From the NCBI RefSeq assembly GCF_009914755.1, contig NC_060925.1: a DNA stretch of 64,000 nucleotides; one strand, given 5' to 3'. The notes under the pieces are model-generated. The model was given only the letters and a program-made list of their open reading frames with translations, had not been told where the DNA came from and did no database searches. Origin of the DNA: the human T2T-CHM13v2.0 reference genome, Homo sapiens. Position numbers and translations under genes: made by a program. Each line of letters opens with the position of its first letter. The stretch's first letter is position 1. Shown here piece after piece: positions 1-14,160 of the stretch.

Positions 1-556
1 TTTTCACCATCCAGAGATCTGATTTACTAACTCACTACTGATTCTGAGGTAGGACCCCAGCTTAGGAAGGCACTTTCAGGCAAGACTGTTCTGCGGTAAT
101 TAGAAAATGGAGAGTGGCCCTGTCAGATGCAAAGGAGAATATCAAATTTGGAAAAAAGTACTGCCTATTGCACAAGAGGTAAGAGTCACTGAGACATCTT
201 GCACCAGACCCAAGTGAGGGATGGAAGGGGCCCTGATGGTCATCTTGGGACAGCTTCTTAGGGTCACCCAGGAGCCCAGGAGCCAGGTATGCCACTCTGT
301 GGTGGGACAGAAACCCCTGTAAAGAGCAAGCAGACACTCAGTCACCCAGGACCCTCCCCAACACTCCCATTCCCTGCAATCTATCAGCGCATCCTATCAA
401 TCCCGTCTGGAGTAGATATCTGATCATGCCTTCTCTCCCTTGTGACCGCCATCACCCAAGTCCAGGTTCCTGCTACATCCTTCCTAAAAGGCCTTCCCCT
501 GCAAGCTTGCCTACCTCACATCGACTTTCCCCACATAGCTGCAAAAGTGGACGTCT

Positions 557-672
557 GAGAAGAAGGGGGAGGAAGAGGAGAAGAAGGAAGAGATGAAGAA
601 GGCGAAGATGAAGAAAAAGAAGAAGAGGAGGAAGAAGAAGAAGGAGGAAGAGGGGGAAAAGAGGAGGAGATG
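557..672. repeat. GA-rich low-complexity (GAA/GAG)n
   Basis: Purine triplet run. Confidence 0.85.
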
Positions 673-699
673 ATGTTATGTCATCCCTTCACCCTTCCC

Positions 700-702
<3 letters not shown>

Positions 703-739
<37 letters not shown>

Positions 740-764
740 ACAGACACACACACACACACACACC
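703..764. repeat. (CA)n microsatellite
   Basis: Interrupted CA run. Confidence 0.95.
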
Positions 765-769
765 ACGAA

Positions 770-1300
770 AACCCTTCAAGAGCTTCCCATTGTACTTAGA
801 ATAAAATCCACGCTTGAGTAAAGCTCTGCATGATTTGGCCCCTGCAAACCTCTCCAGCCTCCTCTTGCTTGGGAGCCTCTGTGCTCACAACTCTCCTGTC
901 ACCCTGGTCTTCTTCCAGGTCCTTGAATGCCGGCTAAGCTCTTTGCTGCCCCAGGACCTTCGCACCTGGTCTTCTACTGGCAGGAATACTGTTTCCTGAG
1001 TCTTCCCCTGACTGGCTCCTTCATTTCCTTTAGGTCTCAGCTTGAGTGTAACCTCACAGGGCCATTTCCTGCTCACCTGGTGAAAAGTCAGGCCTCGTCT
1101 GTTCTCTGTTTTAGCTCCTAAGTTTCTTTATGACAATTATTTCAGCCCACAGTTCTTTTATTTACTTGTCTGCTTACATTTTGTTTTAATCTTTTCTTTA
1201 CTTCCCCCCACTTCAACAGATGCTCCATGGAGAAATGGGTTAACCACTGCATTGCCAGAGCCTGGCATATAGGGGTGCTCAAATAAAGACTTGATGAGTG
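770..1300 (+). mobile_element. L2 LINE 3' fragment
   Basis: Typical L2 3' sequence ending CCTGGCATATAGGGGTGCTCAAATAAAGACTTGATGAGTG. Confidence 0.7.
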
Positions 1301-1609
<309 letters not shown>

Positions 1610-2429
1610 TCATTCTACTGCCACCACCTATGGGAAGACAGGTCAGGAATGTTGAAATGAAAGAAGTGCTTGGCTTCCTCTGAGCCCCAGCTGGACACAG
1701 GCATCTGTGATGCATCCAGATTCAGGCTGCTCATGGACTCTGAGGACTCAACGCTCCCGGAGGGCTAGCAGGGAGCTTTGCACACATACAACCAGTTCTC
1801 ACCAAGCAACTGGGGATTAATAGTGCAAGGGGTTAAATGGGTTCAAACTGTTCCTCTTAAGCTCCCCAAGATGGTGAACCGCACTTCAAAGCTGCTTGAA
1901 AATTCTTACTTGGTGAGCATGCTGTTCTGTGTCCCTTTTGGGCAGAGGATTGGGAAGGCAGCCACCAAGGCCGCCTGCCGAGTGAACAGGGGGAGGGGGC
2001 ACTCCAGGTGACGTGTGTGCAGAGACCCGCTCATGCCTGACCCACAGTTAGTGCACGCTCACAGTGGTTCCAGTCTTGTCCCAGCGACCCGACTGGCCTG
2101 CTTTGTTATTGGAACTAGAGCTGATGATTCACTTTAAATAGATCCTTAACCTCACAATTTGTTTTTCTTGAAACGGTCCTGAGAGGTGCTTTCCAAGAAA
2201 CAAGGAAAAAACTGACTGCACAGTGGTGACTTTGAGTCTGTCTGCAGAAAGCAGTGTGAGTGGATGGTTCATTCCCATGGCAAAGCCTTTCCCTGTCACC
2301 CGGTGTCAGGGACAGTGAAAAAAACGGGCCGTAGCTTGGGAAACAGGGGTGCTCTGCAGTTGCCGTAGCAGGTCTTCAGGGAGAGCTTACGGGAACCCAC
2401 GGTGTAGGGGCGGGGGAGGGGGACTGGGT

Positions 2430-2880
2430 GTGTTCATTTCCCGGGGATGCTGTAACAAATTACCACAAACTGGGGGCCTTAAAACAACAGAAATGTATTG
2501 TCTCACATTTCTGGAGGCTGGAAGTCTGAAATCAATGTGTCGCAGGACCACACTTCTTCCTTGCCGCTTTCTGGCTTCTGGCGCTTGCCAGCAGTCCTTG
2601 GCAGTTCTCGGCCGGCGGTTGCATCTCTCCAGTCTCTGCCTTTGCTGTCGTGTGGCCATCTTCCCTCTGTCTCTGTCTCTGTCTCCGTATTCAAATCTTT
2701 TTCTCTTTGTGAGAACACCAGTCATTGGATTTAGGGCTTGCCCTAATCCAGTAGGATCTTATTTTAACTTGATTACATCTGCAATTATATCCTATTTTCT
2801 AATAGGGTCATATTCACAGGCATCAGAGTTAGGACATCAGCGTATCTTTTGGGGCTGGGGACTCAATTCAACCCACCACA
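2430..2880 (-). mobile_element. MLT1-family MaLR LTR
   Basis: GCTGTAACAAATTACCACAAACTGGG...AAACAACAGAAATGTATT...TTCAACCCACCACA. Confidence 0.8.
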
Positions 2881-3099
2881 GGAGAGGTCCCCTTGCTACT
2901 AGGCGGGTAGTCATATCACACGCACATGTCGTAAACATGCTGAGCAGACGAGAACCCAAAATCTCTGATTTGGGTAAGATGTGATTCCAAAATGTAGAGT
3001 GCAGAATTGACTAAAACGTTTTGAGGCTTAGAGTAAGAGACTGCTGCAGTTTAGGAAGACTTCCTCATTAAAAGATTCCAAAAGACATATTCCATGAGT

Positions 3100-3577
3100 C
3101 ACCAGGGTAGACTGAATAATGAGCGCTCAAAGATGTCCGTGCTGTAATCCCGGGAGCCTGTGACTATGTTACCTTGCATGACAAAAGGGACTTTACAGAT
3201 GTGTTTAAATTCAGGATTTGAGATGAGATGATCCTGGATTCTCTGAATGGATCTTCTAAGAATCACAAGGGTCCTTACAGGAGGGAGGCAGGAGGGTCAG
3301 AGTCAGAGAAGGAGACGTGATGGCTGAAGCAGAGATCAGAGCGCGAGGGGTTGGAGGATGGAGGGAGGATCTAGAAGAGGAAAGCAGGCAGCTTCTAGAA
3401 ACTGGAACAGGCAAGGAAATAGATTTTCCCTTCAGAGCCTCTGGAAGGAGCTGACCCTGCTGGACGCTTCAATCCTAGCCCGGTGAGACTGATTTTTTTC
3501 TTCATGACAAGTCAGTTGATGTTGTTTTAAGCTCCTAAATTTGATAATTGGTTACAGCAGCAATAGGAAGCATTGCA
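3100..3577 (+). mobile_element. MLT1D-like MaLR LTR
   Basis: GAATAATG...CAAAGATGTCC...TATGTTACCTT...AAAAGGGACTTT...GTTACAGCAGCAATAGGAA. Confidence 0.8.
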
Positions 3578-6500
3578 GTCACATAGCCCAGTTTGGCATC
3601 TTGTATTATTTTAACAAACTCTCCATCAATCCACCTGTGTATCATTTTAGTCTGCTAACACCAAGAACAATATGTTGCATGTGGAAGACCTTAATAACTA
3701 CTTGTTGGATGCATACTCTGAGAGCTTATTATACACTCGGTAGTATGCTAAACCCTTTGGATACATCCCTGTCCTCCTATCTATCAGTGTGGAGGAGAAT
3801 TGGACATTGAACAAATAATTTTACAAATAAAACAGACATTGATTTATGTGACAAGTGCTGTCACAGAAAACCACAGGGAGACGTGACAGGGTAGAGTCGG
3901 GGAAACCTAACTTCAACGTGGGGTCAGGCAGAGCCTTCCAGGACACTCCCAGCTGAAGCCAGGACTGGACATACCCTCGCTTGGTTCCAGTTTTAAAGAC
4001 AAGACACTTTGCCCAAGGAGGTGACCCGAGTTGAGCACTCGGAGCGTCCACCATCTTTTCTGAATGGTGCGAGGTTGTCTGTTGTTCATGGAGCTCGTGT
4101 GGGGTAGGCCAGTCCCTGGTCTGAACTTGAGGCGGTGACACATTTTCATCTTGGTTCTGCCGTAGGTTTAGCGGGTGACCTTTGACATATCGTCTGCCCT
4201 TCCTGCATGTCGTTTGTGCTCTGGCTGACAAACAACGATCTCACCAGCCATCAGCGCTCCACAGGAATGAAAAGAGTGAGTGACCAGGACAGGGAGGGAG
4301 GAAAGAAGAAGTTGCCTTGTTGCCACGGCCTTCCTCAGATGTGCCTCCGTGCCTTGGGTCACCCCTGGGGCTACTGGCACCTTCTGAGACAGAGCCGGGG
4401 CTGAGGGCTAGATTGTCGTTCACTGGGCACCTCTGCACCGGGGAAGGGGACGGGAGCTGAGGAGGGGGCACTGAGCAAGGCAGAATCCTTATCCCCAAGC
4501 AGTTGCTGACAGGTGGAGAGACAAATGCAAACACTCAGAATGCAAACACACAGTGTCCAAAGCAGAAGCAGCAGGAGGGGCGTGGGCTCTGCCCCAGGAA
4601 TTCAGGTGCACAGAAGGAGCTGGGCCTGCAGGGATACTTTGGGGTTTGGTAAATGAAGGCGGGGTCGTGCACTCTGCGGTGGACAACAAGAGAGAAGCCT
4701 CCCCACACATCAGGGTTACACGTGGCTTGGGGTATGGCTTGCCACCTTCTCCCGTTTCTCCCCACATGAGCAAGGGCGGTGTCCATTATCTCTCAAGCAA
4801 TTCCTACCTCCCTGGCACTGGTAGATGCTGGACACATGGTACCTCCTCCAGCCTCACAACAACACTGTCACATCGTCACCTCCATTTCTCAGATGAAACT
4901 CAAAGAGGTGACACTTGTCCAGTGTCAGGTGGCTGTGAAGATCCCAGCACAGTCTCCTTGCATCCAAGGCCCTAGCTCTTACCACATTGTTGATCCTGGG
5001 TTGATGGTGAAGGTGTAAGCTGGGGTTCCTCCCCAGCCCCTACCTGTCGTGTGCACACCTGGCCTTCTCTGGGGGTGCATTTCCCAGCTGAGGAGACTGT
5101 CTGCGTGTGTGGCTCCGAAGGAAGCCTAGCTGGTGAGTTCAGAACAGGCCCTGTGTGTGATGTGGTGACCTGAGGTCATAGGATACAGACTGCGTCCCAG
5201 GAGCACCTGCCATTTTAGGGGTGGCTCAGGAAAGCCTCTGAGCTCCCTGGAGGAAGTTGTCCCCTCTCCACTGCTGCAAAGGAGAGTTGGTCATGGGGCC
5301 AGGCAGACACTCTCTGGACATGCTCGTGGAAGAGCTCTTTGGGAGAAAAGACACTCGAGCATGCCAACAAGGGGACTTAGGGGCCAGAATGTTCTGCCAC
5401 TTGCCACTCGCCAACCTGAAATCTGCACCTCCTAATCACCTCCTCTCAGCCCTGCCTCATCAAGTGGGGTCTTGCAGGAACTGCTGGCAGCTCGGCCACC
5501 ATCGGGGAAAACACCCCAGTCAAACACAGGCTCTCCTGTGCCTTGGCATAGAGGGAAGAGCCAGCCCTGCCCCCGCCCCTGCCCACTATGGTCTCAGGAT
5601 TCACTCCTTGCTGAAGCCTTTACAGGGGAGCCAAATGCCCTCTCACCCAAGGCCCTTCCAAGGCCCTCCCACATCCTTTGGGTGAATCTGTTTCAGGATC
5701 ACCCATTTGAGGGAAAACTTCGTCCCCAGGAGAAATGGCAACGGAGAGGTGAAGGGGTGGAGGTACGCTTTGGAGCAGGGCCAAGGCACATGGGGGTGGG
5801 CTCCAGCCTCGAGCCTGTCCTTCTCCATGATCCTGAACATGACTCTTCTGGAACCTGGCCGGAAGTTGCCCCTCAGGAGACAGCGGGGGAAGGAAGTTGT
5901 GGTCCAGAAACTCCAGAATGCAGGGTGCTCTTCCCATTCAATCACGGAGGCTGGTCCAGGCCAAGAGCATCCTCGGCCTTTGTTTAAGCTCCCGTGAGTT
6001 CTTGGTTGACCTGGAGAGGCTGAGAGAGGCCCACAGGACCTCTTTCCTTCTGACCCTTCATTGCCTTTGGATCCAGCTCACCTCAGTGCAAGCCTGTGGC
6101 CTGCAGGGGAGGCCCTGAGGTAGAGGCACTCAGCCCTGATACTGTGAGGGACCCTTGAAAGTTTGTGCTCTTGTTTATGGTCTCAAAGACAAGAGGCCAA
6201 ATTCCTCAGCTGACATTTTTACTGTCAGGACGTGCCAATGTTGTTCACTTTTTGTTTTGCTTTGCTTATGATTGTCTGGCACCTTGAGATGATGCTGAGT
6301 ATGCCAGGCTATAGGATGGAGATGTGGGTGGGAGCAGGCAACAGACTGGCCCTGATCTTCCAGAGCTGATCACATTCTCTGACGTCAGCTCTCTCTGTTC
6401 ATGTCCTTTGAAGGGCAATGGACTCCGTGAGGGGAGACCCGAAGTCTGTGAATGCCCAGCTTCTGAGATACCGTCAATACTGTTGACTGCATGAATGGAT

Positions 6501-6868
6501 GAATTGCAAGTGAGTTGTTGAACACAGTGGCAAGGAGGCTCCTTACTAGCTTGGAACCCCCTCCTCCGGCAGGGAAAGTGATTACCAACCTGGAGGTCAG
6601 CCAGGCCAAGAGGGCTTTGAGATCTACAACACCATCTCCATCTACTGGGTTTGGGTTACGTGTTTTAAGTGGCTCAACCTTCCTCTGAAATCATAGCAAT
6701 AGCAATGAATGATGTCCCATCAGGCACTGCCCTGGTTTTTTTGCACACACTATCTTTCATCCCTATAAGGACGATGTGGGATGGCCATTGTCATGTTCCT
6801 TTCACAGAGGTGAAAATTAACACTCAGAGAGAGTAGGCATCTTGCTCAAGGCTAGAATGGGGTAAAGC

Positions 6869-8500
6869 CATTCATTTAATTTATTTATTCAACAAATATT
6901 CATTGCCAACCTGCTATAGGCCAAGCCCCTGGCACTATTCCAGGTATCGGGAAAATAGCAGTGAGCAAAATGGACGAGAATTCCTGTTCTCCGGGAGCTT
7001 CACTTCTAATGGGGGAAGCAGAGCAACACACAAGATAAAATACACAGCATGCCAGAGGTTGTTAAGTGCCAAGGAGGAAAAGTGGAGAAGGTGGAGGGGA
7101 AGGGAAGGGCTGGTGGGCAGAGGGATATGCCTACTGCTGAGGAAGCTCCCACCATGAAGGTGACATTTGCAAACAAACCTGAAGGAGGTGGAAGACTGGC
7201 CAAGCAGAGACCTCCGGGAAGAGGGGCTAGGCCCAGACCCAAGCATGAGGGTGGCCAGAGTGTTCTGGGAACACGAAGACCAGCGCTGCTGCAGGTGGGA
7301 GGGGATGTGGGGAAGATAAGATGAGACAGAGTAAGGGTGTGTTGGGGGGTGACAGATTATGGAGGGCCCCAGAGGCCATCCTGAGGATACGGGAGCCATT
7401 CTCTGAGCAGAGAAGTGACATAATCCAATTTCAGTTTCTGCAGGGTCCTTCTGGGCTCTAGGCTGAGAGTGGACTGAGGGATGAGGGTGGAGTCAGGGGC
7501 ATGGATTAGGAGGCTATGGCTAGTCCAGGCAAGGGGGATGGCAGTCTAAATCAGGGCAGCAGCAGAGTCAGGTTTTGGAAATGTTTTGAAAATAGAGCCA
7601 GTAGGATTTGCCAACATTGGCAAAGATTGGATGTGAGGTGCCAGACCAAGTGTTGTCCTCAGCAACTGGGAAAAAAGAGTTAACGTTCTGCATTAGGCTG
7701 TTCCAGCATTGCCATAAAGAAATACCAGAGACTGGGAAGTCTATAAAGAACAGAGGTTTAATTGGCTCACGGTTCTGCAGGCTGTACAGGAAGCATGGTG
7801 CTGGCATCTGCTTTCCTTCTGGGGAGGCCTCAGGAAGCTTCCAATCATGGTGGAAGGCAGAGGGAGAGTGGGCATGTCACATGGCCAGAGCAGGAGCAAG
7901 ACAGCAAGGGGGGAGGTGCCACACACTTTTAAACAACCAGATCTCATGAGAACTCTCTCTCTATCTGCAGGATGGCACCAAGAGAGATGGTGCTAAACCA
8001 TTCATGAGAAATCTGCCCCCATGATACAATCGCCTCCCACCAGGCCCCACCTCCAACATTGGGGATTACAGTGAACATGAGGTCTGAGTGGGGACACAGA
8101 TACAAACCATATCATGTTCCCTGAGATAGGATGGCTGGGGGTTGGGGGTGAACAGTATTTGGGAGGGAAAATCAGGGACTCTGTTTTGGACACAATCCAT
8201 TGGAGTTGCAGGTAGACGTTCCAGTGGAGAAGACAAGTGGCTGGCTGGCTCTCTGAGCCTGGAGTTGAGGGGGTGATGTGGGCTGGAGATTGGACTTTGG
8301 CATCATCAGTGTTGGTGAGGCAGCTACAATCATGACTCTGGATGAGCTCATTGATGGGGGCAGCAAGTGTGGACAGAGAAGCAGGAGGTCTGAAGACTGA
8401 GGTCTGAGGTGTTTGGGGAGAAGAGGAGGAACCTGCAAAGGAGATAGGGAGCAAGCAAGGAGGCAGGAGGAGAGCCGGGCAGGTGGGCTGCAGCCAAGCA
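6869..8500 (-). mobile_element. L2 LINE, interrupted by an MST LTR
   Basis: Begins with CATTCATTTAATTTATTTATTCAACAAATATT (reverse complement of the L2 tail) and continues as L2-like purine-rich sequence. Confidence 0.7.
7689..8114 (-). mobile_element. MSTA-like MaLR LTR
   Basis: ATAAAGAAATACC...GAGGTTTAATTGGCTCACGGTTCTGCAGGCTGTACAGGAAGCATGG...CAAACCATATCA. Confidence 0.88.
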
Positions 8501-8501
8501 A

Positions 8502-8716
8502 GGAGAGGGGGAGGAGGAAGGGGGGAAGGGGAAAGGCGGGGAGTGGGAAGAGGGTAGGAGGGGGAGGAGGAGAGGGGGAAGAGGAGAGCAGGGGGAGTAG
8601 GGGTAGGAGGAGAAGGGGAGGAAGGGGAGGAGGAGGGGGGGAAGGGGGTGAGGGAGAGGAAGGGGAGGAAAGGAGGGGTAAGGGGGGAGGAGGAGAGGGG
8701 AAGAGGGGAGAAGGAG
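8502..8716. repeat. G-rich polypurine low-complexity tract
   Basis: About 200 nt almost entirely G/A with many GGG+ runs. Confidence 0.9.
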
Positions 8717-11700
8717 TGAAATATACCTGTCGTGGGATTTGACCTATATTAGAGAATCACTGTGCAGTGCACCAAGTGGCACTGGAGAAGTCATCCCCGA
8801 AATAAATTGGATTGTGTGACAAGAGATGGGTTCAGCAGATGCAACAGACAGGGAGGAGGGAAACTGGACCAGCCTTGGCTGTGGATTGGCTGCGCGATCT
8901 TGGACAAATCACCCATCATGTTTTCCTTCCGTGTTACGTGGAAATGTCTCTGATATCTACTGCCCTTACCTCACAGAGTAAAGACCCAAAGGAGATGTCA
9001 TGAAAGCATTTTGAAATGCTGCTGAACACTCAGCACAGTGGCTGGCACAGAGTGGGTAGAACTCAATGGTTGGAAAATGTACTTGGCTGTTATTGTGCCT
9101 TTTTCATGAAAATATGAAAAGCTAAATAAACCTGAAACATGTTGGGGACTGAGTGAGGGGAGATGAGCACGTTCTGAGAGTCCTAGGACCATGCACTCTC
9201 AGAGTGCCTTTGCTATTGTTTCGCCTCCCGTCCTACAGAGGAAGGGCTTAGGTTTGCTGTGAATTTCCCCCTTGCCTACCAGCATTGCGCCAATTAAGGT
9301 TTCTACTTCACCGCACGTTTCAGCCAAGGATGTCAAGGGAATCCACTGCTGCTCCAGTGAGACAAATAACATATCCAGCATCAACACTGCCATCATCATT
9401 AGCATCATTGTGGCCATTAGGATGGTTGGCAAGGCAATAGGTTGGCACTACTGATGGGCAGCACCATTAGTCTTCTTAGTGATTTTTCAAAATGGACAGT
9501 CTGGAGCTAAAAGCGTGAGCCCTGGAGGAGCTCATTTCATCAGACCTGCTGCAGGCAAACACTCTTCTCTTCATACCTTTCCCGCCTGTACGTGTGGGGT
9601 GATGCCTGTCTTGGGAGGAAATATAGATGCAGTGCCTAGATATTCCAAAGCCCAGGTTCGGAATCTGTGTTCCCTTTGTTTTTTGATATTTCCCCTCCTT
9701 TCCTCCTGCCCTTTAGATCTTGTGCATTTGTGGGTTTTTCCCTTTCTGCTCAGCTCTGATCACTTATTTGCTTTTGTTTTTGGAGAGCTGCGTCCTCTCT
9801 TTACTCACCCACCTGCTTCATTAGAGATTGCTACTCACCTGCAGTATCCATGCTCACCTTCTTCCACGATAATTGAAAGAGTGTCCGGCACACGGCTGTC
9901 TACTTAAAAACTGCTTTCCCTAGTATCCCTTGCAGGCTGGTGTGGTCATGGGACTGATTTCTGCAAGAAGAGTTTGAGCTTCAGTGTGGTGTGACTTCTG
10001 GACCTTTGAAAAGAGGGGTTTATTCCTTCCATTCTCCCACCTTTCTCTTCCTTCCTCCTTGTTGGAGTGTGGCTATCATGGTGATGGTGAACCACCTTGG
10101 ACCACATGGATGAGGGCCACACACTCAGGATGCTGGAGCAACAAGGTGGAAGGTACCTGGGTCTCGACTGCCCACCCTTGTGAAAGGTAAATGCAGTTCC
10201 ATCTTATCTGAACCCTAGTATTTTGAGGTTCTGTTAGAATTGCTGCACCTGTATTCTAACTAATACCTTCTTTAGGCTCTTTGACCCACTTGCCAGATTG
10301 CAGGTTGCAGGAAGACAGAACATGGTTTTGCTCACCATTAGGTCATCAGGGCTGGCACAGATTGCTCAACACATAATAAATACTTGTTGGAAGTGTTAAT
10401 GAGTTATGGTTTTACTCTGGTATCTGGACTTCTGCTTTCCAAAGGATGAGTGGCCCTTGACGCATTGTTCCCTTGGGCAACTGCAGCCTCTGTCATGGGC
10501 CAAGTATGGAATGTCCCTGGGAAATAAAATCTCAGAGGAAGAGAGCTCCTGCCCAGCCGAAATTCTCCCTGGAATTGTGAGCCTCCAATTAGGCTAGAAG
10601 ATACAGTCTTCCCATCTGTTGTAGAAACAGAAAGTTATTTAGAGTATAAAACAATCTCCCGGCTTCATGTGTGAAGCCTATTTGAGAGTCAGAGGGTTCC
10701 AGCAGAGGGAGGAGGAACATCAGCTACACCTGGAGCTCTGGGGATGAAAGAACCCATGAGGGCCTCATAGATTATAGGGCTCTGACTCCTCCAGGGAAAG
10801 ATGATCCAGTGTTCTGGCCTATCTTGGCCTGTGGTTCTTTGTGATCCATGGAGTGAGAGTGTCCACAATCGCCTGCTGTGTGGTATTTCCCTGACTTGAG
10901 CCTTTGCTCATAACCAGCATAGCCCACAAACACCAGCCGTATCCCTCAATTCCTGACTTCTGCTTTCCTGTCTTTACAGAAGAACCCCAGCTGTGCTAAT
11001 GGTCCTGTAACCTCTCAGCTCAGGGCCATGAGACCTTCTCTCTGCATGAATCTCGCCTCCTCTGCACCCCACACTTCCACACCACTTCCTCATATAACGT
11101 GTTATCTGACTACACAACCCTGGAAATGATGTTCCTCCTGATGTGTTCCCAAGCATTCTTGCTATTCTGCTTCCTCTAGAAGCCAGGGAACTTTAGCTGA
11201 CCAGGTCTGTGTCTTGGGCACCTGCCTTGGTGAGCGACCTCTGAGAATTTCTCACTAAACATTTGTTGAATGAACTAGGAGATATATAAGGGAATGCCTC
11301 TTCTGCCTACCATGAGCATGGCCTTAAGTGTTATCTTTGTTGCTTGGCCAAGTCATGGCCTTGAGTCCCAAGTGAGGTGCCCAGCCCTTATTCCTGATCA
11401 ATAAATACTTTTAGACTCCTGATTATTCTCTTGCTTGCTTGCTTGCTAATCTCTAATAGATTAGATCTATTCCCTAATCTAATTCTCTGATCTTCCTCCT
11501 GAAACTTGGCTCCATATTGAGTTCCTTGCCCTATATCCGTACTTGCACGGCCGCTATTTGCCACCCAGAGTCCCTGTGCTGGCAAATTCAACACCCGGAG
11601 CATTATCATTTTGGTGCAATTCCTGAGCACAGCTTGCTGACTCTTCGGTACTTATTGTTTCTATCTGGAATACAAGAGGGAGTATATTATGAGGATGATG

Positions 11701-11789
11701 GTAAACCCAGATCATGGTGCTCAGAGCAGATCTGAAACTCTGGCAGCGTAACACCTCTCTCCAGCATGGACAGATAAGGGTGATTATTA

Positions 11790-14160
11790 TTTAATTGGAC
11801 TTTTCATTTTGAGAGAAATTGTAGGTTCACATGCAAATGTAAGAAATGATGTGGAGACCTATGTACCTTTTATACAGTTTCTCCCAAAGGTAATACCTTC
11901 AAAACTATTGTATGATTTCACAAACAGGACACTGACATTGATAGAGTCCAGATTCAGAACATGTCCGTCATCACCAAGGTCCCTCATGTTGCCCTTTTGT
12001 GGCCGCACCTGCGTCCTCTTACTCTCCCCATCTCTGCCCCATCTTTAACTCCTGACAACTACTAAACTGTTCTTTGTATAACTACTAAACTGTTCTTTGT
12101 ATAACTACTAAACTGTTCTTTGTATAACTAAAGTTATAATTTTGTCATGTCAAGAATTTCATATGAATGGAATTACACAGCATGCAACCTTGACTTTTCT
12201 TACTCAGCACAACCGTCTGGAGGTTCACCCAGGTTGTGGCATGTGTCAATAGTTTTCTCTTTTGTTGCTGAGTAGTATTCCATGATAGAGATGTACTGCA
12301 GTTTGTTTAACCACTCACCTTCCACCTGAAGGGCAGCTGGTTTTTTCCACTTTGGGGGGATTACAAACAAAGCTGCTGCAGACATTCACATGTGGGTTTT
12401 TGTGTGAACCTAAGTTTTTTGTTTTGTTTTTTTTTTTTTTTTCCTGGGATGAATGCTCAGGAGTGCATGCCAGGTTGCACAGACCTTGCATGTTTAGTTT
12501 TATAAGAAACTGTCAGACTGTTTTCTAGAGTGATTGCACCATTTTACATTCTCACCAACAATGTATGAGGGATCCAGTTTCTCCACATCCTTGCCAGCAT
12601 TTGTGGTTGTCACTCTTTTAGCCATTCAATAGTCATGTAATGATATCTCATTGTGGTTGTAATTTGTATTTTCCTAATGGCTAATGATTTTAAATTACCT
12701 CTTCATATGCTTATTTGCCACCTGTATATTTTCCTCTTCAGTTAAATATCTCTTCATGTCTTTTCTCATTTCTTCAAATTTAAAAATTCTTATTTATTTA
12801 TTTTTTATTTTTTTTACTGTGGAGTTTTGAGAGTTCTTTCTATATTCTACATACTAGTCCTTTGTCAGATAGGCAGTTTGCAAGTATTTTCTCCCAGTCT
12901 GTAGCTTGACTTTTCATCCTCTTAACAGGGTCTTTCATAGAGCAAATGTTTAACTTTGATGAAGTCTAATTTAACCATTTTTCCTCTTATGGCTCATGCT
13001 TTTGGCATCAAGTCTAAGAATTCCTTGCCTGGCCCTAGCTTTCAAATATTTTCTCTTTTTTTCTCTATAAGTTTTATCGTTTTATGTTTTACATATAAAT
13101 CCATGATCAATTTGGAGTTAATTTCTGCATGAAGCGTGAGACTAGATTGAGGTTTATTTATTTATTTTTTGCTTATGAATATCGATTGCTTCCATACCAT
13201 TTGTTGAAAAGGGTATCTTTCCTCCATTGAATTGCCTTTGTACCCTTATCTAAAGTCAGTTGGAAATTTTGCGTGGGCCTATTTCTATTAACTTCCACTG
13301 GTCTGTGTATCTATCCCTTCACTAATAGCATGTAGCCTTGATCACTGTAGCTATACAGTAAATCTTGACATTAGGTAGACTAATCTATCCCATTTCATTT
13401 TTCTTTTTCAAAATTGTTTTAGCTATTCTAGTTTCTCTGCCATTTTATATACATTTAGGATAATCTTGTCTAGATCTATGCAATAATATTGCTGGGATTT
13501 TGTTTGCAGTTATATTGACCCATATATCAAGATGGGGAGAATTGACATCTTTACTGTTGAGTCTTCTGATTCATGAATTTGTAATGCTTCTTCATGTATT
13601 TTAGCTCTTATTTGGTTTCTTTTGTAGGAATTTTAAGCACACAAGTACTGCACATATTTTGTTAGATTTACACCTACGTATTTCATTTCTCTTGAGTGAC
13701 TGCAAATGGCATTGCATTTGTAATTTTGGTGTCCACTTGTTCATTGCAGTATACAGAAATAGAATTGAGTTCATGTGTTTATCTCTTATTCTGTAACATT
13801 GCTGAACTCATTAGTTCTAGGGTTTTTTTTTTTTGGTTTGTTTTATAGATTCTTTGGGATTGTCTATGTTCACAATCATAGGGATGGTTTTATTTCTTCC
13901 TTTCCAAACTATCTGCTTTTATTTTATTTTCTTATTTTATTGCACTGGCAGAACTTCCAGTAGGAAGTTGAATAGGAGTGGTAGAGTGGTCATTCTTGCC
14001 TCTCCTTGATCTTATGTGGAAAGCATTCAGCCTTTCATCATCAAGTATAATGTTAGCTATAGGGTTTTATAGATGCTTTTTAGTAAGTTGAGGAAGTCCC
14101 CCTCTATTCCTATTTTTCTGAGAGGTTTTCTAATGAATGGGTGTTGAATTTTGTCAAATG
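11790..14160 (-). mobile_element. Old L1M LINE (3' UTR and ORF2 remnant)
   Basis: T-rich antisense L1 motifs (CCATTTTACATTCTCACCAACAATGTATGAGG, CCATTTGTTGAAAAG, GAATGGGTGTTGAATTTTGTCAAATG). Confidence 0.85.
12057..12130. repeat. Perfect 23-bp tandem triplication
   Basis: AACTACTAAACTGTTCTTTGTAT x3 plus AACTA. Confidence 0.95.

Noticed and set aside
2349-2984. 211-aa ORF
   Set aside because: Mostly an antisense MLT1 LTR, with a non-ATG start and no domain.
8413-8742. Gly/Arg/Glu-rich ORF resembling an RGG protein
   Set aside because: Translation of a G/A low-complexity tract.
11455-11471. Short hairpin AATAGAT-TAG-ATCTATT
   Set aside because: A 7-bp AT-rich stem is expected by chance, with no supporting context.
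12057-12130. CRISPR-like direct repeats
   Set aside because: The units are contiguous with no spacers, and the context is eukaryotic with no cas genes.
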